DNA of 64,000 nt from contig CM082584.2 in NCBI GenBank assembly GCA_040954595.2, positions 6,514,110 through 6,578,109 of the forward strand. Reading direction: 5' to 3'. Within the stretch, counting starts at the first letter, position 1, and each line of letters starts with the position of its first letter. The notes beneath the pieces are model-generated. The model did not search any database. It saw only the letters and a program-made list of their open reading frames with translations, and had not been told where the DNA came from. The DNA comes from Balanoglossus misakiensis. Taxonomy: Eukaryota; Animalia; Hemichordata. Shown here piece by piece: positions 28,001-40,926 of the stretch. The position numbers and the translations under genes were made by a program.

Positions 28001-31000
28001 TTATAAGTTTTATGCCATCTCCAACTTTACTTTTCAGACGTCAATTGAGTCCAACACATCTGCCGGATCATTGCAACCTCTGATCATTCGAGGTCAAAGG
28101 CTCTCCTCAAAGATCTCATCCATACCGGAACTTGAGATTCCGTATGATGAAAACTGGGAGTTTCCGCGGAACAGGTACAGTTTACTTTATATTTTAAAGA
28201 CAATGATTTTCAAAGAATATGGAAAGCAATGGTTAGTTTTTAATATTTCCATCTGCGAGTACTTTATCAAAAATGCACTTATAGCTAGTTTCAAGAACTT
28301 TTGATAATCATTTCAATATTTGTACCATCTGCGAGTATTTTATCAAAACTGCACTGGCTAGTTTCAAGAAATTTTGATAATCAATTCTGATCGATATTTG
28401 TACCAGAAAGTGAATAAAAAGATGCTTGGAAGACAGTAATTTAATCAAAGGACCAGTATTAAAAAAAAACATTTTGAAAATTGTAAATTTGGAACACATT
28501 GTAAACGTTGTCAACTCTTTCTGAGTGTGAAAATGGACAGTTTGGACATTATGTTCAGATGTCCTATAAAGAGATTTGCAATAAGCAAATTGTTGTATTG
28601 TTCATCTATTGTTTGAATTTTTTGCAGACTGACGTTGGGGTCGACACTGGGAGAAGGAGCATTTGGTTTGGTTTTAGAAGCGACGGCGATCGGCATTATG
28701 AAGAAAGAAAGCAATACTACCAAGACAACTGTGGCTGTCAAAATGTTAAAAGGTAAAAAAACGTAACTTCTTGAATGCAAGAAAATTGTCCCATTGACAT
28801 CCATTAGTCCGAAATAACCACACTAAAGCAATACTAATATGTCTTGGGTAGTTCTTTTTTTAGAAAGATTGCATTAAAATTCACTCCATTAGCTTTCTGG
28901 ATTCAATTTTGTGTGGAATAGTTCTGAAAACCAACAAGAAGCTATAGCTACTTACAAAACGTGATTTTTAAGCAAATGAGCCATCCACTGTAATGTACGT
29001 GTCTCAGTTTCACAAGAGTTTTGGTTGCCACTAGATTTCAGATATTGTAAATTTGAGAAGATCTGAAATTTTTTTGATAACTGTTGATCATTTTCTGTGC
29101 TTTTCAAGAAAGAATAGTTTGAGCTTAATTGTACAGGTTTTGACTTTTAAAGACTTTTAAAGGGTTGTCATGATATTTTATGAATTGTTGTGCCATCTGT
29201 TTTAATTGTCGCAAATCGACGATACGGCAAAATCTGTGAACTGTACCCTTGAACTCTGTAAATCCATTCTCCTATCCTGAAAACCCAAAAGTAATGTTAC
29301 AATATTTCCTGGACTGGTATCATTTTGAGTTTGGATCTTTCCAGCATTGAGTAAAATGTGGTTGTGATATATGCCTGTCTTGATGGCAAAAGCAGATGGG
29401 GATTGATTGTCATGGCAAATGGATATTGATCTGAGCTGAGCTGTCTTCTGTGACAAAATTCTTTCTTTCTGCCATAAAGTAGCTGACAATGTGACTTGCA
29501 TTGTACTTCATAACTCTTTCGGCTGCGTTTCATGTCCATTTCATCAGTGACCTCACCTGACCCCCAAGTCATTACATGCATCCCTTTTGTGTCATTTTGA
29601 GAGAAAAATACATGCACTGTACATTTTAACTGGGAAGGAAAACTTAGAGTGGTGGTATTTGCAGCATCAACCCTCCAAACAGGGATTGTTTTTTTAGTTC
29701 TTGCTTGAAAAAAAAACATACTAGGTTTTGCGAACCCGGCCACACCACACACCCCAGTATTCCCTGATACACTGCTGGCTTATTCACAAGAAGCCAAATT
29801 TGCAACCCCATGCTATCGACATTTGACATTGAGGAAGGTAACTGGTAATGATTAAAAGTTTTTAACTTCTACTCATTGTATTCCCCATTATCCTAATTTC
29901 CCTATAAATTGGCATATCAGTTCTGTCATTTTTTTGTCATTAAAAATTAATTGAAATGGGAGGTTATTGAATGCACAGAAACTATCAAAAGCTGAAAAAA
30001 ACTATGTTCGCATATCTACATTGGGGACTTGTCTCGACTAGAATGGACCTAAAGGGTATAATGACTCATCGATTTGCCAAGTCATTTTATCCATCGAAAG
30101 TGCAAATGATGTCTTCCATATTACAGCTGGTGTATTGGTTATATTAACATGAACCGTCACGTTATCATTAAATGTGACAAGGAGATTATTCCAATTAACA
30201 CCTGGGACAGACTTATAAGTGTACTTGAGACCAAGCTAATTAGAGTTACTAACGCATTCTATTCTAATTCCATTCTGTTCCAGCTGATGGTACGGAGAGG
30301 GAGTTGAACGACCTCATCTCGGAGATGGAGATGATGAAACAGATAGGGAAACACATCAATATTATCAATCTACTGGGCTGTTGTACCCAGGATGGTAAGT
30401 GTCATGTGGGCTTGTGTTCCCAGGTGGTGCTGGTGTTCCCAGGTGGTGTTGTCAAAGGTTTTCATGGAGTATAATTGAAAGGGACAGTGTCTTTAATTTC
30501 TGATGGTTGTATATTCAAAGTTTTGCTCTGTGTAGACAACTATAGTTTCTCGTTTAACTTGCTAAAGCTTATCAACAAAGTATGTATATTTTGAGAGTGC
30601 AATATTATTGTTGAAATTTGAATTTGAGTCTGTAATAAACAATTGTCAACAATAACATTGCTGGTTATATATCATTATGTAGGCCATATGATGACAAGCT
30701 CAATAATACTGGTAAATCACTGAGTATCATATATTCAAAGACGGACGTTTGTATATTTTCTTGAAAATTGTTATCAACAAACAAAACGATTACAGTAATT
30801 TTGTTTTCGAGTGGAAATTGGTCCCTGAAGACATTTTGAGTGTAGGTCAGGCTTGCCAAGGTTCTCATGAAGAGAAACAAACAACTTAACTGTAGTGATG
30901 ATCCAGTAGGACGGCTTCAGCTAATTTCGCTGATTTTCCATATTTTTGAAAGAAAATTGTCTCAAGCTTTGAAATTAGCCTGTTCGTTTCTTTCTCTCTT

Positions 31001-33558
31001 TCGATCTTGCAAATTTTTCACAAGAAATTCTCTGCATACTTCGAATTTCAATGTTTGTTAACTTACTTCTTTTCATAATTTCTTTCTCTTTTCCAACCCA
31101 CAGGTCCTCTCCTAGTGATTGTGGAATATGCACCTCACGGTAACCTACGCGAATTTCTGCGATCTCGCCGACCGCAGAACCTGGAGTACGAAAATGCCGA
31201 ATTACTGCCAAAAACAGAGATCTTATCAAATAAAGACTTAGTGTCATTTGCATATCAAATAGCCAGGGGAATGGCCTTTCTGTCGGTCAACAAGGTAAGT
31301 GTTTGCTGTTTGCGCATATTTTTTTTGCAAGAAAATAAATTTAAGGGTTGGCTGACAACCGAGTTGATGTCACTATGAAATCATGATGCAATCCAAATAA
31401 GTTACATCACTTATTAATCAGTTTCTTTTTTTACAGTGCGTTCACAGAGACTTGGCTGCCAGAAATGTGCTGGTTGGCACGGATTACGTCATGAAAATTG
31501 CAGATTTCGGTCTTGCAAGAGATGTGCATTATATAGATTATTATAGGAAAAATACCAATGTAAGTGTTGAGAAAGTTTCGTGTTGGTACAATTTGTTCAT
31601 GAATTGTGTGCTTTGTAAACTCTAAAATTGTTTGTTGATGTGAATTTTTGTTAATTGGACGTTAGCTTGTAGTACGTACTAGTCCATGGAAATTTCAGTG
31701 ACTCCAGTAGTTCCCAGTGGATTTTTCACCAGAGAAAGAAATATTTAAATAATTCTTTAAAGACAGTGACAATATTTTTCTTACGCTTTCTTAACTCTTT
31801 CTTAACCAATACACTATTCTCCCCCCCCCCCCCCCCCTGTTTCGCCATTGTTCAGGGTCAAGTACCAGTCAAATGGATGTCGCCCGAAGCCCTGTTTGAC
31901 AGGATCTATACGATACAGAGTGACGTGTGGTCGTTCGGAATTCTTCTCTGGGAAATCATGACATTGGGCGGTTCACCGTATCCAAGTCTTCCAGTGGAAA
32001 TGCTCTTTGATTTTCTCAAGGCCGGAAAGAGGATGGAACAGCCACATAGCTGTTCAAATGAAGTGTAAGTGATATTGGACTATACGTATGGAGGGGCAGG
32101 GGATTTGGGAGGGAGGGAGGGGGGCAAGAGGTTGTAATAGCCGCATGGCTGTTGAACTGAAGTGTAAGTGTCAGGTTATTATATGTATGCAAGGGCAGTG
32201 GGTTTGAGAGAGAGAGAGAGAGAGAGAAAAAAAAAATCTAAAGAATTTGTGTGATTGGTGCAGTGAAATTCCAGACAATCAATAAAATTGATGATGTCTG
32301 TAAGTTCTGATAGGTTTAGTATCGTAAAATGATATTGAAGTATTTCTTGGAAAATGAGAGTTCTCCTTTCACCAGTTTGCAATGAAGTCAGTCTCTGTGA
32401 AGGTGTTCCTTTTTGATTGGTTTGTCATTCTTTAATTACAAGGTCATAATTTAGGTGATGGCTTGAGCGTAATAAAAAATGTTGAAGTGTTCATAGGAAA
32501 TGGAATTTCTCCTTTCAGTTGGTTGAAAGTGGAGGTAATTTCAGTGAAAGTGTTGTTTTTGATGGGCTGTTAGTAACCTAGGTTACGAGGTCAAAAGTCA
32601 TTGATCAAGTGATAGGCATGATTTTCTGAGATCGATTTCTGTCTTAAAATAAACACCTCCGTCCATCAACATTGTAGGTACACGTATCTTCTAATAGCAT
32701 GCCAAAAGAATAATATTCTTTATTAAGTGCATGTGCAAGCAAATTTAGTAAATCTTTTCTCTGTGTATTCTCATGCACTTATTGTCTGAAAGTTGATAAT
32801 TTTTACAAATTTTCTCCATTAAAGATACTCGATGATGCGAGAGTGTTGGAGGACGTCACCAAACCAAAGACCAAACTTCAACCAGCTTGTGCAAACCCTG
32901 GATGGTCTCCTGACCCAGTCCAGTATTCAGGTAAAAATGAAGTTGATGTAGAGCATTAATTCACTCACTATATTTTTGGTACAGTATGTTTTATTATCCC
33001 TTTGTTCCAGCTATACCTTTTGAATCGGCTCGTACTGAAATGAAAAAATAAATAAAAATAATATGACTATTGATGAATATGATTGCCATTCAAAAAAAGT
33101 TTTGATTGCTGTGAAAATTATGCATGTGGAGATTGTATCCAAAATGACCTGTGCTGTTTTTTCTCAACAAAACTGGCTTCCGTTGGATGCTAGCTGATCT
33201 GCAGACAAGTTGAAAAACTTACCAGAACCCTTTTGTTGGATCGAAGATGATATCCGAACGCCCTAACCTTTTGAGTTCCATAAAATATACGATTGTGTTT
33301 AATGGCTGTCACCCAGCTGCTGGGTTGACTTAGGTCGCAATATGGCGGCGATCATAAAATGTGTGTGACTGTATTCCTTGATTCTTGCAGGACTATCTGT
33401 CGCTGGATGCTATTGGTGATGGACCGGAGGTCATGGTTGACTGTGACACCAGCAGAGTTGAAAGTACAGATAGTGAGAGTCAGAATAATTCAAGTAGTCG
33501 TGGCAGTTCGTACTTTGGAGAACGGCCAAGGACGAGGCTCAAAGAATTGTCCGTCTGA
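789..33558 (+). CDS. FGFR: Fibroblast growth factor receptor (receptor tyrosine kinase), 5'-incomplete; join(789..1060,11273..11402,11721..11896,26948..27080,27386..27597,28038..28174,28628..28752,30284..30394,31104..31294,31437..31559,31856..32064,32825..32930,33391..33558)
   Basis: Manual splicing: every exon has AG/GT boundaries with compatible phases. Product has Ig domains ([19 protein letters not shown]...DSGHYMC; LSC...MQWF...QSGKYIC), a TM helix, and kinase motifs [71 protein letters not shown]. Exon sizes 111/191/123/106 match the vertebrate FGFR kinase exons as I recall them. Confidence 0.96.
1132..1231. mobile_element. MITE with TA TSD (Tc1/mariner-type ends), family CTGTAAAACGG, short copy
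   Basis: TA-CTGTTAAACGGGAAAT...ATTTCCCGTTTTACAG-TA terminal inverted repeats; related copies at 10107 and 19296. Confidence 0.8.
10107..10284. mobile_element. MITE with TA TSD, family CTGTAAAACGG
   Basis: TA-CTGTAAAACGGTTTATTTTC...GAAAATAACCTGTTTTACAG-TA. Confidence 0.8.
11273..11402 (+). CDS. FGFR: FGFR exon: C-terminal half of IgII
   Basis: ttgcag| ... A|gtaagg; [43 protein letters not shown]. Confidence 0.93.
11721..11896 (+). CDS. FGFR: FGFR exon: N-terminal half of IgIII (IIIa)
   Basis: ttccag| ... AAG|gtatta; [46 protein letters not shown]...EVLK. Confidence 0.9.
11966..12925. mobile_element. Fold-back non-autonomous DNA transposon with TTAA TSD and AGGG termini (Kolobok-like), interrupted by a second element
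   Basis: TTAA-AGGGACAAAGTCTCTCTCTCGCTGACGTTTTTCCATTA ... TAATGGAAAAAGGGCAGCGAGAGAGAGACTCTGTCCCT-TTAA; once 12008-12613 is removed the remaining ~350 bp is a long imperfect palindrome. Confidence 0.82.
12008..12611. mobile_element. Nested non-autonomous DNA transposon with TA TSD (Tc1/mariner-pogo-like)
   Basis: TA-CCGTAGTTGCCCGGGTAAGAGCCCC ... GGGGTTCTTACCCGGACAACTACGG-TA; GC-rich interior with an internal direct repeat GGGGGGCTTTAG.CCGGAT.TGGCCTCGA. Confidence 0.82.
14207..14299 (+). CDS. FGFR: Candidate alternative cassette exon inside FGFR IgIII (31 aa, phase 0/0)
   Basis: tttttgtttgctgtttgtttgcag| acceptor, AAG|gtaagt consensus donor; 93 nt with no stop in the required frame: [31 protein letters not shown]. 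Confidence 0.55.
14375..14661. mobile_element. MITE-like element built from TTCTATAGAA palindromic repeats
   Basis: Imperfect TIRs CCCTTGCAAACATATTCTATAGA / TCTATAGAATATTTTTCGAAAGAG; many internal TCTATAGA units; a related short copy lies at ~24536-24598. Confidence 0.55.
19296..19509. mobile_element. MITE with TA TSD, family CTGTAAAACGG
   Basis: TA-CTGTAAAACGGGAAATTTT...AAAATTTCCCGTTTTACGG-TA; internal ACAGGAAA-TTCCGCGATATCAA shared with the 10107 copy. Confidence 0.8.
26948..27080 (+). CDS. FGFR: FGFR exon: C-terminal half of IgIII (IIIb/IIIc-equivalent)
   Basis: ttctag| ... A|gtgagt; [44 protein letters not shown] (not in the ORF track; read by hand). Confidence 0.92.
27386..27597 (+). 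CDS. FGFR: FGFR exon: transmembrane and juxtamembrane
   Basis: atcag| ... CAG|gtatgt; hydrophobic [23 protein letters not shown] followed by basic HRYRHKR. Confidence 0.92.
28038..28174 (+). CDS. FGFR: FGFR exon: juxtamembrane
   Basis: ttttcag| ... AG|gtacag; TSIESNTS...[26 protein letters not shown]. Confidence 0.93.
28244..28383. repeat. Local ~75-bp tandem duplication in an FGFR intron
   Basis: CCATCTGCGAGTA.TTTATCAAAA.TGCACT...GCTAGTTTCAAGAA.TTTTGATAATCA occurs twice. Confidence 0.7.
28628..28752 (+). CDS. FGFR: FGFR exon: kinase Gly-loop and VAVK lysine
   Basis: [41 protein letters not shown]; ttgcag| ... G|gtaaaa. Confidence 0.95.
30284..30394 (+). CDS. FGFR: FGFR exon: kinase helix C
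   Basis: [36 protein letters not shown]; 111 nt; G|gtaagt. Confidence 0.95.
31104..31294 (+). CDS. FGFR: FGFR exon: hinge and kinase insert
   Basis: [23 protein letters not shown]...[21 protein letters not shown]; 191 nt; AAG|gtaagt. Confidence 0.95.
31437..31559 (+). CDS. FGFR: FGFR exon: catalytic and activation loops
   Basis: [41 protein letters not shown]; 123 nt. Confidence 0.96.
31856..32064 (+). CDS. FGFR: FGFR exon: kinase subdomains VIII-X
   Basis: [43 protein letters not shown]...[11 protein letters not shown]; GT|gtaagt. Confidence 0.95.
32825..32930 (+). CDS. FGFR: FGFR exon: kinase subdomain XI
   Basis: [35 protein letters not shown]; 106 nt; CAG|gtaaaa. Confidence 0.93.
33391..33558 (+). 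CDS. FGFR: FGFR terminal coding exon (C-tail with PLC-gamma-site-like YLSL)
   Basis: ttcttgcag|[55 protein letters not shown]; DYLSL aligns with the EYLDL (Y766) motif of FGFR1. Confidence 0.88.
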   Translation, partial: DYLSLDAIGDGPEVMVDCDTSRVESTDSESQNNSSSRGSSYFGERPRTRLKELSV

Positions 33559-34130
33559 AAGATACCAGAACAAAAATTTATATTTAACGCTGCCAAAATT
33601 GAATGAAATGCAAACACACCCACCTGTGAAACTTTGAGGGAGACAGTTTTATAAATTTACATATTACTATTATGTGCTGTGCACATTTACCAGTGGAGAA
33701 CATATATATCCCTTTTGTCTTTAGTGTATTGTTGATTATTATCAGGAATCTGCAGTGATGTTGCAGATTTTTGAGCGGACTTCCGGATTTGTCCTGGACT
33801 GGCTGGTCTGGACTTACTTGGGGAGAAAAAGAAGATGGTCTGGATGGTGATTGTAGTCACATTCTGATTGCTGCGATGGAGTTATTTTTGTGTGATCTGC
33901 AGAAGACTAAAAGTTTTTAACTTCTGTGCGGACTTCAAGACATGCAGCCGTCAAAGGCTGATCTGGACTTACAAGCCCACGGATAAAACAACGACGGTGA
34001 AGTTTTCACATTGATATTCACACAATGGTTCAATTGTGTACTACATGCAGAGAATTCAGATGAAAACTCTGTGTTCAAGTACTGGAACACAAGATTTTGT
34101 GGCAATTTTACGAACACCGGTATGGAAGTT

Positions 34131-34460
<330 letters not shown>

Positions 34461-37400
34461 CTCAGGATGGAGATCGAATCCAGTGAATGAATTCTGCTTT
34501 GTGTTGGTGGGACCAAATATTTATAAAAATTCCTGGTACTTCTCTTTCTCAGTAATTAGTTTAGTATAGAAACTCTACAGCTGCTACCAAAGACAGCAGT
34601 TGGTATAATGTACGTGTACAATTAACTGATACTGTTTTAATTGTTGGAAAATCGCGTAGTTGTATCGAGTTGTATCTTGGAAGAGATGAAGTTACAAAGT
34701 TCATCTGCTACATCGCGTCCAAGACATGAGGTCCTCATACGAATTCACTGCCTGATCAGACAGGCAACCCTCTCAAGAAAGTGTCAGTCTACAAGTCATG
34801 GTGCCGAAACCTCTATTTATTGCAGTGGTTCAATGCCAAAATGTCAATTAATAACTACGCAGTTTACAGAATGCAAATACCAAAGAAATCAACCCCTCTC
34901 AAAGCAAAGGATGGTGAGAGTGCCCCTGCTGATCAACAAAAGCCCAGTTCAAATATATGTATTAAAAATAAACAGGCTAGGGGTGCTTAAACTGGTCAAT
35001 CTTTAGTAGCCTAGGGAAGCATTTGACTTTATGATTTACTACATTGTAAAAATCAAGAAAAGCTACAAATCAATGTTTGTAAAGAGAGAAGGATATATTA
35101 CTGGCTGCAGGCTCTTCATATTCATGTCAATATATCATTTATGAATGAAAAATTAATGTACATTCTAAACTTTCATATACTCCAGTTATTAAACTGACTT
35201 ATACAAGAGACAGTTTTTCTTCACTAGGTAAAACGATACAATTATAAAAAAAGTACAATTTTCCAAAGTGAGATGTTATTTTTAACAAAGTGTATTTACT
35301 ATCCAATTGAAAAAGACAGTCACTATTTTTGTAAAACTGTAAGATAGCATTTATATACAACCTCTGGGAGTAGATTAGTGGTTTAGCTTATTTTTTTCTA
35401 GAGACCTGTAGGAAAGTGTTAGGGTTGGATAGGGGACAGCAGATCTGTTCTAAAGGTTAAAGTGCAAAAGTCAAATGTCATGGAAAGTTGTCTACAGTAG
35501 TTCTTCATCAACGTCGCCGTTTTCAGAAGAAATTCATCGTCATTGTCCTTTTATATAGCAATTTTATATTCCGATAAATGCCGGAAAAAAATGAATAAAC
35601 TGATAATGGTTTCTCATCCCATATTCTCACTGATGACTTGTTTGTTTGGATTCTTTTTGCATATAGCTGCCGCAACTAAGAGAAACATGAATACAGCTGA
35701 TTGTCCATAAAAAAACATTGCATGCATTTACATCAGAAATATTTTATAGACCCCAAAATTGCCCACATTTAAATTTGTTCCATTTGTCTCTGGCTGAGTT
35801 GAAAATTCATGATTTTCCTACACAGGGTTGCATGTTATTACGCCGTTATAAATTACAAGTCTTCACAACACTTCAACTGATATAATGAACCGCGAAAGGG
35901 GCTTCTTAGATTCGGCAACATTAGTTTGGAAAAAAATCAATTATTTGATCCTGACTCATTTTGCGATAACCCTGATAACCTTGCTTCCCTGTATAAAGAT
36001 CCAATTTTATCATAGAAATGAAACAATAAGAATACATCACAGAGCATGGCGGTGAAGCGGTTTATTATAAACCAACCATGTTGCCTGCATTATTATTTTT
36101 GATTGTGCAGTTATTCTGTAAACAAAAATAAGCAAAAATGTGTGAGATTTGGGATGAGGAATCATTTTCTTGTTTATCTGTTTTTTTTGTTTGGTATTAC
36201 TGATTCTCACTACCGCAAAGACTGGTGTATCTAGTAACATTTGCTGAGCTTTCTGGGAGATGAAGCGAGGCAGAGTAAAGTGTCTTTCAATTCTCATCCC
36301 TCTTCTGGTTGTTTAGTGTATAGGTGGCGCTGTTGTGAATTTCAGAACAACAAGGTCTTTAGAATCATACCGTTCTTAGTCATTCTCGAGAGATTTGCAC
36401 ATTGTGATGTTATAGACGTATTTACAAGGTTCATGTTTTACGGACACACAAACCTCTTCAAAAATGTTGAATGTGCACTGGTACAAAAGACAAAGACAAG
36501 GGCATTTAGAAATCACAATCCTTTAAAAGTGAGTAGTTTTTTATCGGGTCAGTGCTACAAGACAACAAAGATGTCCTCGCCCGATCGCCCATATTATATC
36601 TTTGCCAGATTGTCAATTCATGTCGGAATCACTCTTGCCAAAATTAGTCTGGGCTACCCCCAACCTTGGATGCAAATTCACCCAATCTAGTTCCATTCAC
36701 AAGCACTGCAGCAAGTATCATCATCCTAAAATGCTAGCTGGTACAATTATCTCACCAGGATTCACTCAAGACTGAGCAAAACAAATTTTGCAGAAGGTCT
36801 GTATGTGACCTTGTAGTAAATGCCATCACCCCTTTAGATTCCCAGCATGTGCAAATGAAGTGATATCGAAGCTTTTTCCTAAACATGAAGTCATGAATGA
36901 AAGAAGACGTGAATTCTCACGCATCCGTGTATTACGTAATGCACTCTCGATGGAGCATAATATCCATACCTGAAGTTTCTTTCTCTCATTTGATCATATT
37001 TTGTGGAATAAACCAAGATACCCTTTCTATTTTTGGAATATCAATAGCAGACATGTTGTTTGTCATTGGCTGAAAGTAGCCATGGATCTTCCCTGTTTCT
37101 GAGCCATGGCTCGTGTGAAAAATATCATGAAGTGATGTGTGTATATTAATATTTCGGCAATTTCGAACTGAGTGATGTGTACATGCAAAAACAGTTTGTG
37201 TGATAGCTAGTGCAGTGTTATAGCATCACGCACAGTACATCAGGTGCTCATAAATGTTGCATGTGTGATCTTGTGGCCGTTTATCACTGTCAATCATTAG
37301 GGCCCTCTAGCGCCATGAATAAAAACAAATACAACTGTAATCATGACTATACTAAGTTGCACATCTTCATTTCACATTCTTGATCCCATTAACCCTATTA

Positions 37401-38257
37401 CGTACTGTCAAATGGCAAGTGCAAAAACAGGCAGGCGGAAACTGGAATTGCCCCGCAAAGTGCAAGATTTCAGAATAATCCATTTGCAGGATGGTTCATC
37501 TTTAAAGAGGTCCATTTTCAAGTCAGCTTTTTAGAGAGGCAATGACTCCATCAGTTCTCTATAGTGCATCAAATTTTAAGTACAGTAATCTCCCACAGTT
37601 ATTTATGAACTTCGTTGGCATTTAAACTTCATAAGTATAGGTGGCTATAGTACTGTAGCAGTCATACCTGTAGCATCAGGAACAACTGAATATTTAATAT
37701 ACCCCATAGCCACACGTACGTGTAGTTCTGTTGCACTGTAATACTAAATATTTTGTAAATCTAAGATTGTTAAAAATCACCTTTATTTTTAAAGTAATAA
37801 ACACATCATGTAAAATTGGAGATTTGTTTTGGAAATAAAGTCAAAGAGTACTACATATTAGCTTGCATTTGTTCATCTGTTCGCACTGAAACTCTGTTGA
37901 GGAATTGAATTTGAGTTTGGAGATACGAGATGATAGTTGAGAGAGTGCAGGGTGGAGTTTATATGCATACTGTTGTGTAGAGTTCCAAAGCTGAACTCAG
38001 AGATATTGTGAAGCAAGAAACTATTGTGGAATGAAAGTTCATGGATGTTAGAGATAATTGTTGAGTGAGAGTTTTTAGAGATGTTTCAGAGATAATTGTG
38101 GAAGGATGCTAGAGATGATGCGTCTGGGACGAGAGTTCAATGGTATTGTGGGATGGACATTCAGTAAATACTATGTATAGGAAAAAGCCAAATGCACATT
38201 TATGCAATTATAAGACTTAGTGTAATGATCCCCTGAACCACCTGTTGATATCTTGCA

Positions 38258-38350
38258 TTAACCCTTTCACCCCGATTTTCCTCTATAGAGGTCCAACCTT
38301 ACCATAGAAAACAATGGGTTTGGACCAAACCATGGCAGTGAAAGGGTTAA
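38258..38350. mobile_element. 93-bp piggyBac-type mini-MITE (TTAA TSD, CCCTT termini)
   Basis: TTAA-CCCTTTCAC ... GTGAAAGGG-TTAA. Confidence 0.75.
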
Positions 38351-40926
38351 AGTAAAGCGCAGTGTTGGGAGGGACCTCATGTGGCGACTAAATTGGCTTG
38401 ATTTGTATCAGCACAATTACAACGAGGTATACTTCATTAAACAGCAGCGTGTGTATACATGTGCCATGTCTGTATTGTAATTATACTCCATCCCTTCTGA
38501 ATTAAGTGTGTGGTCTCCATGGTAATGTCTGACTTCATCAAGGTCAAAGTTGTTCGTTGCCAACTGATGTGACTGATTATAGAAACTGTGTGACTTCTCT
38601 CCATTGCTATTCATGGAAAGAAACTTAATTGTCGCACAAGGACCATCAGTGTTTGCCAAACTCCATCAATTCCATCAGAAGCAATACTTAATCTTCGGAA
38701 CCAAACTGCAAGGTCGTGCCTAGCTAAGAAACGCCAACAGCAGATCCGAAAGAAAGATTGATTTAATTTCTGATAAAGTAAAGTCACTGTTGGGCAAATC
38801 TGCGATTGATCATGTCCCTGTTTCTAAGCCAATCTGATTTCGTGACGTGACACCCAGTGACTCTCTATACCAGAGAGTGATAGCGGTTCCCTAGGTGATA
38901 TGCAAATCGGGTGCGCTGAATAATACGTCATTACTACCAAGGACCAAACGGGACCAGGGAAGGTCACAGAGACGACTGCGGGCTTCAGTGGAAAATCATC
39001 GTAAACATCCTGTGTACACGTATCATTTTACTATTGAAAAGAAAGATTCCAGGAAAAAAACACTCGAGAAAAAATTACCAGAAGTATCATACTTCATTAC
39101 TTTTCAAAGAAAGTGCAGAGGTCATTTGCAAATACAACTCTTCGTCTGTCAAATTATAAAAGGAGGGTGACACACGACAACAACCCGGCTTGTTTTCTGG
39201 GTGTCTTAATTTCCGGAAATTATCCACTGAGTATTCCGGTACGACCAGAAGCAATTGACATGGAGCTGTTTTTCGTCTTTCCTTGACAGGTGTGGAATTA
39301 CACTTTTCAAATCTAGAAATCACCTTGACATATTGCCTGCATACTTCTGTGTTTTTATCCTCAGTCTGATTTCTCAGCAGATGCTGAAATGTTGATTGCT
39401 TTTTCCCCAAACATCTTAGCCACTCCAGTAAATCTAATAAGTGGTAGCTGTACGGGCGGGCGTGCACAAGTGTTTCATTTTCTTGGGTACAATTGGTGTC
39501 TAACTTTTCCATCAAAAGAGGGCAAATTAATGCGTATACTTGCTATTACAAGTTCAGAGCTATTCGCATCTGCGGGCGAGCAATTTCAATTATGCTGTGT
39601 CAAGTAAAGTTCTTGACTTTTTTTAAACCGCTGATGACTGACAGCTGGTAAGGAGATCGGTAGAAGGAACTTAATGCTGTCTTTAATAAACGACAGCTGA
39701 GCTTTACTGAATACACCTTGAAATTCAAGTATCTACACTTACTTTTTTTCTCTGAGAATAAGAATTTATTGGGTGTCGGATATTTGCATATTCATTAATC
39801 ATGCAAATTAAATAAACGTGCTCATTTGCTTACTGATATACAAATGTACATAAATAGTATCAACGTTTTACATCGAAAGTTGTAACTATAAATTAACACT
39901 AAGTCTTGGCGCTGGCTATCGTTTTGTGTTAGACGGTATCATTGATGCACGGAGAAAGTTGAAATTCGAGCAGGAATGTTTTCAATGTTGAATTAATGGA
40001 TTTTGATTAATCACTTTCAATAGTTCACAGATTGATAATCTAGCAAATAGCAAAATATGCCTATTTCTGAATCATCATTTTAGGTTCAAATTGAAAGAAG
40101 AGATCAGATAGTCGGATTAGCTCAGATTGCCTCCAAGAAATTGAATTTGAGCACTGTTGCCATGGATACTGCAGATGATGGCCGTGCTTCCACAGATAAA
40201 AGGTCAATAGGTATGTGGTGGTTCCGTGCGTATAGCCACTGGTGAAGTCGGAGTCCGCCTGGTACTTCAGGTGAGTCCCACAGAGTGAATTTGTTCCATC
40301 AAATTGGCGCATACTACAGAAGGGAGTGAAGAAAGGAGTAAGCCAGGGTTGCACAGGGATCTTTAGACATTTTCATCATCCTCGCGTTTTGAATCCTTTT
40401 TACAGTTAACAAGAGAAGATGACCGTGAACATGGCAATGTGAAAGTATGACCATGGAAGATCAATCATCCGACTGACTGAACACATGAATGCGTGCATGT
40501 GTTCATACACCTTGAATAATTTCTGTAAAGTATTTCAATAATGACGAATTGCCTCAATTTGGGAAATGAGATTGTCCGATTCGTTGTGTTCAGAATCCAA
40601 GATGAATATAATAAGAAATGATATGAATTAAACTTGACAATATGACGTCCGTTTGGGGGAAAAACGTGTTTCACAGTGTTTTATGTAGCTTGCGAGGCCG
40701 GTTCGTGACACTGGGTTTATTTGTTTGCACGAATTGCTTGGTCAAATAATTTTACGCCAAAGACTATGCTACTGGAAAGCTCTTTTTTCTGGATTATATA
40801 CTTCTTTGTCATCAAAATCAGTAGTACGGGAAGTATGTTTGTTTTGCGTTTAAAGTGACGCATTTGCGAAAGTTAACTTGAAAAATTCACGCCAACTGCC
40901 AGTGGTCATAATCTAAGATGTGTATT

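Noticed and set aside
40061-40354. 97-aa minus-strand ORF and an exon-like block on the plus strand
   Set aside because: No recognisable homology and no partner exons in any frame that I could identify.
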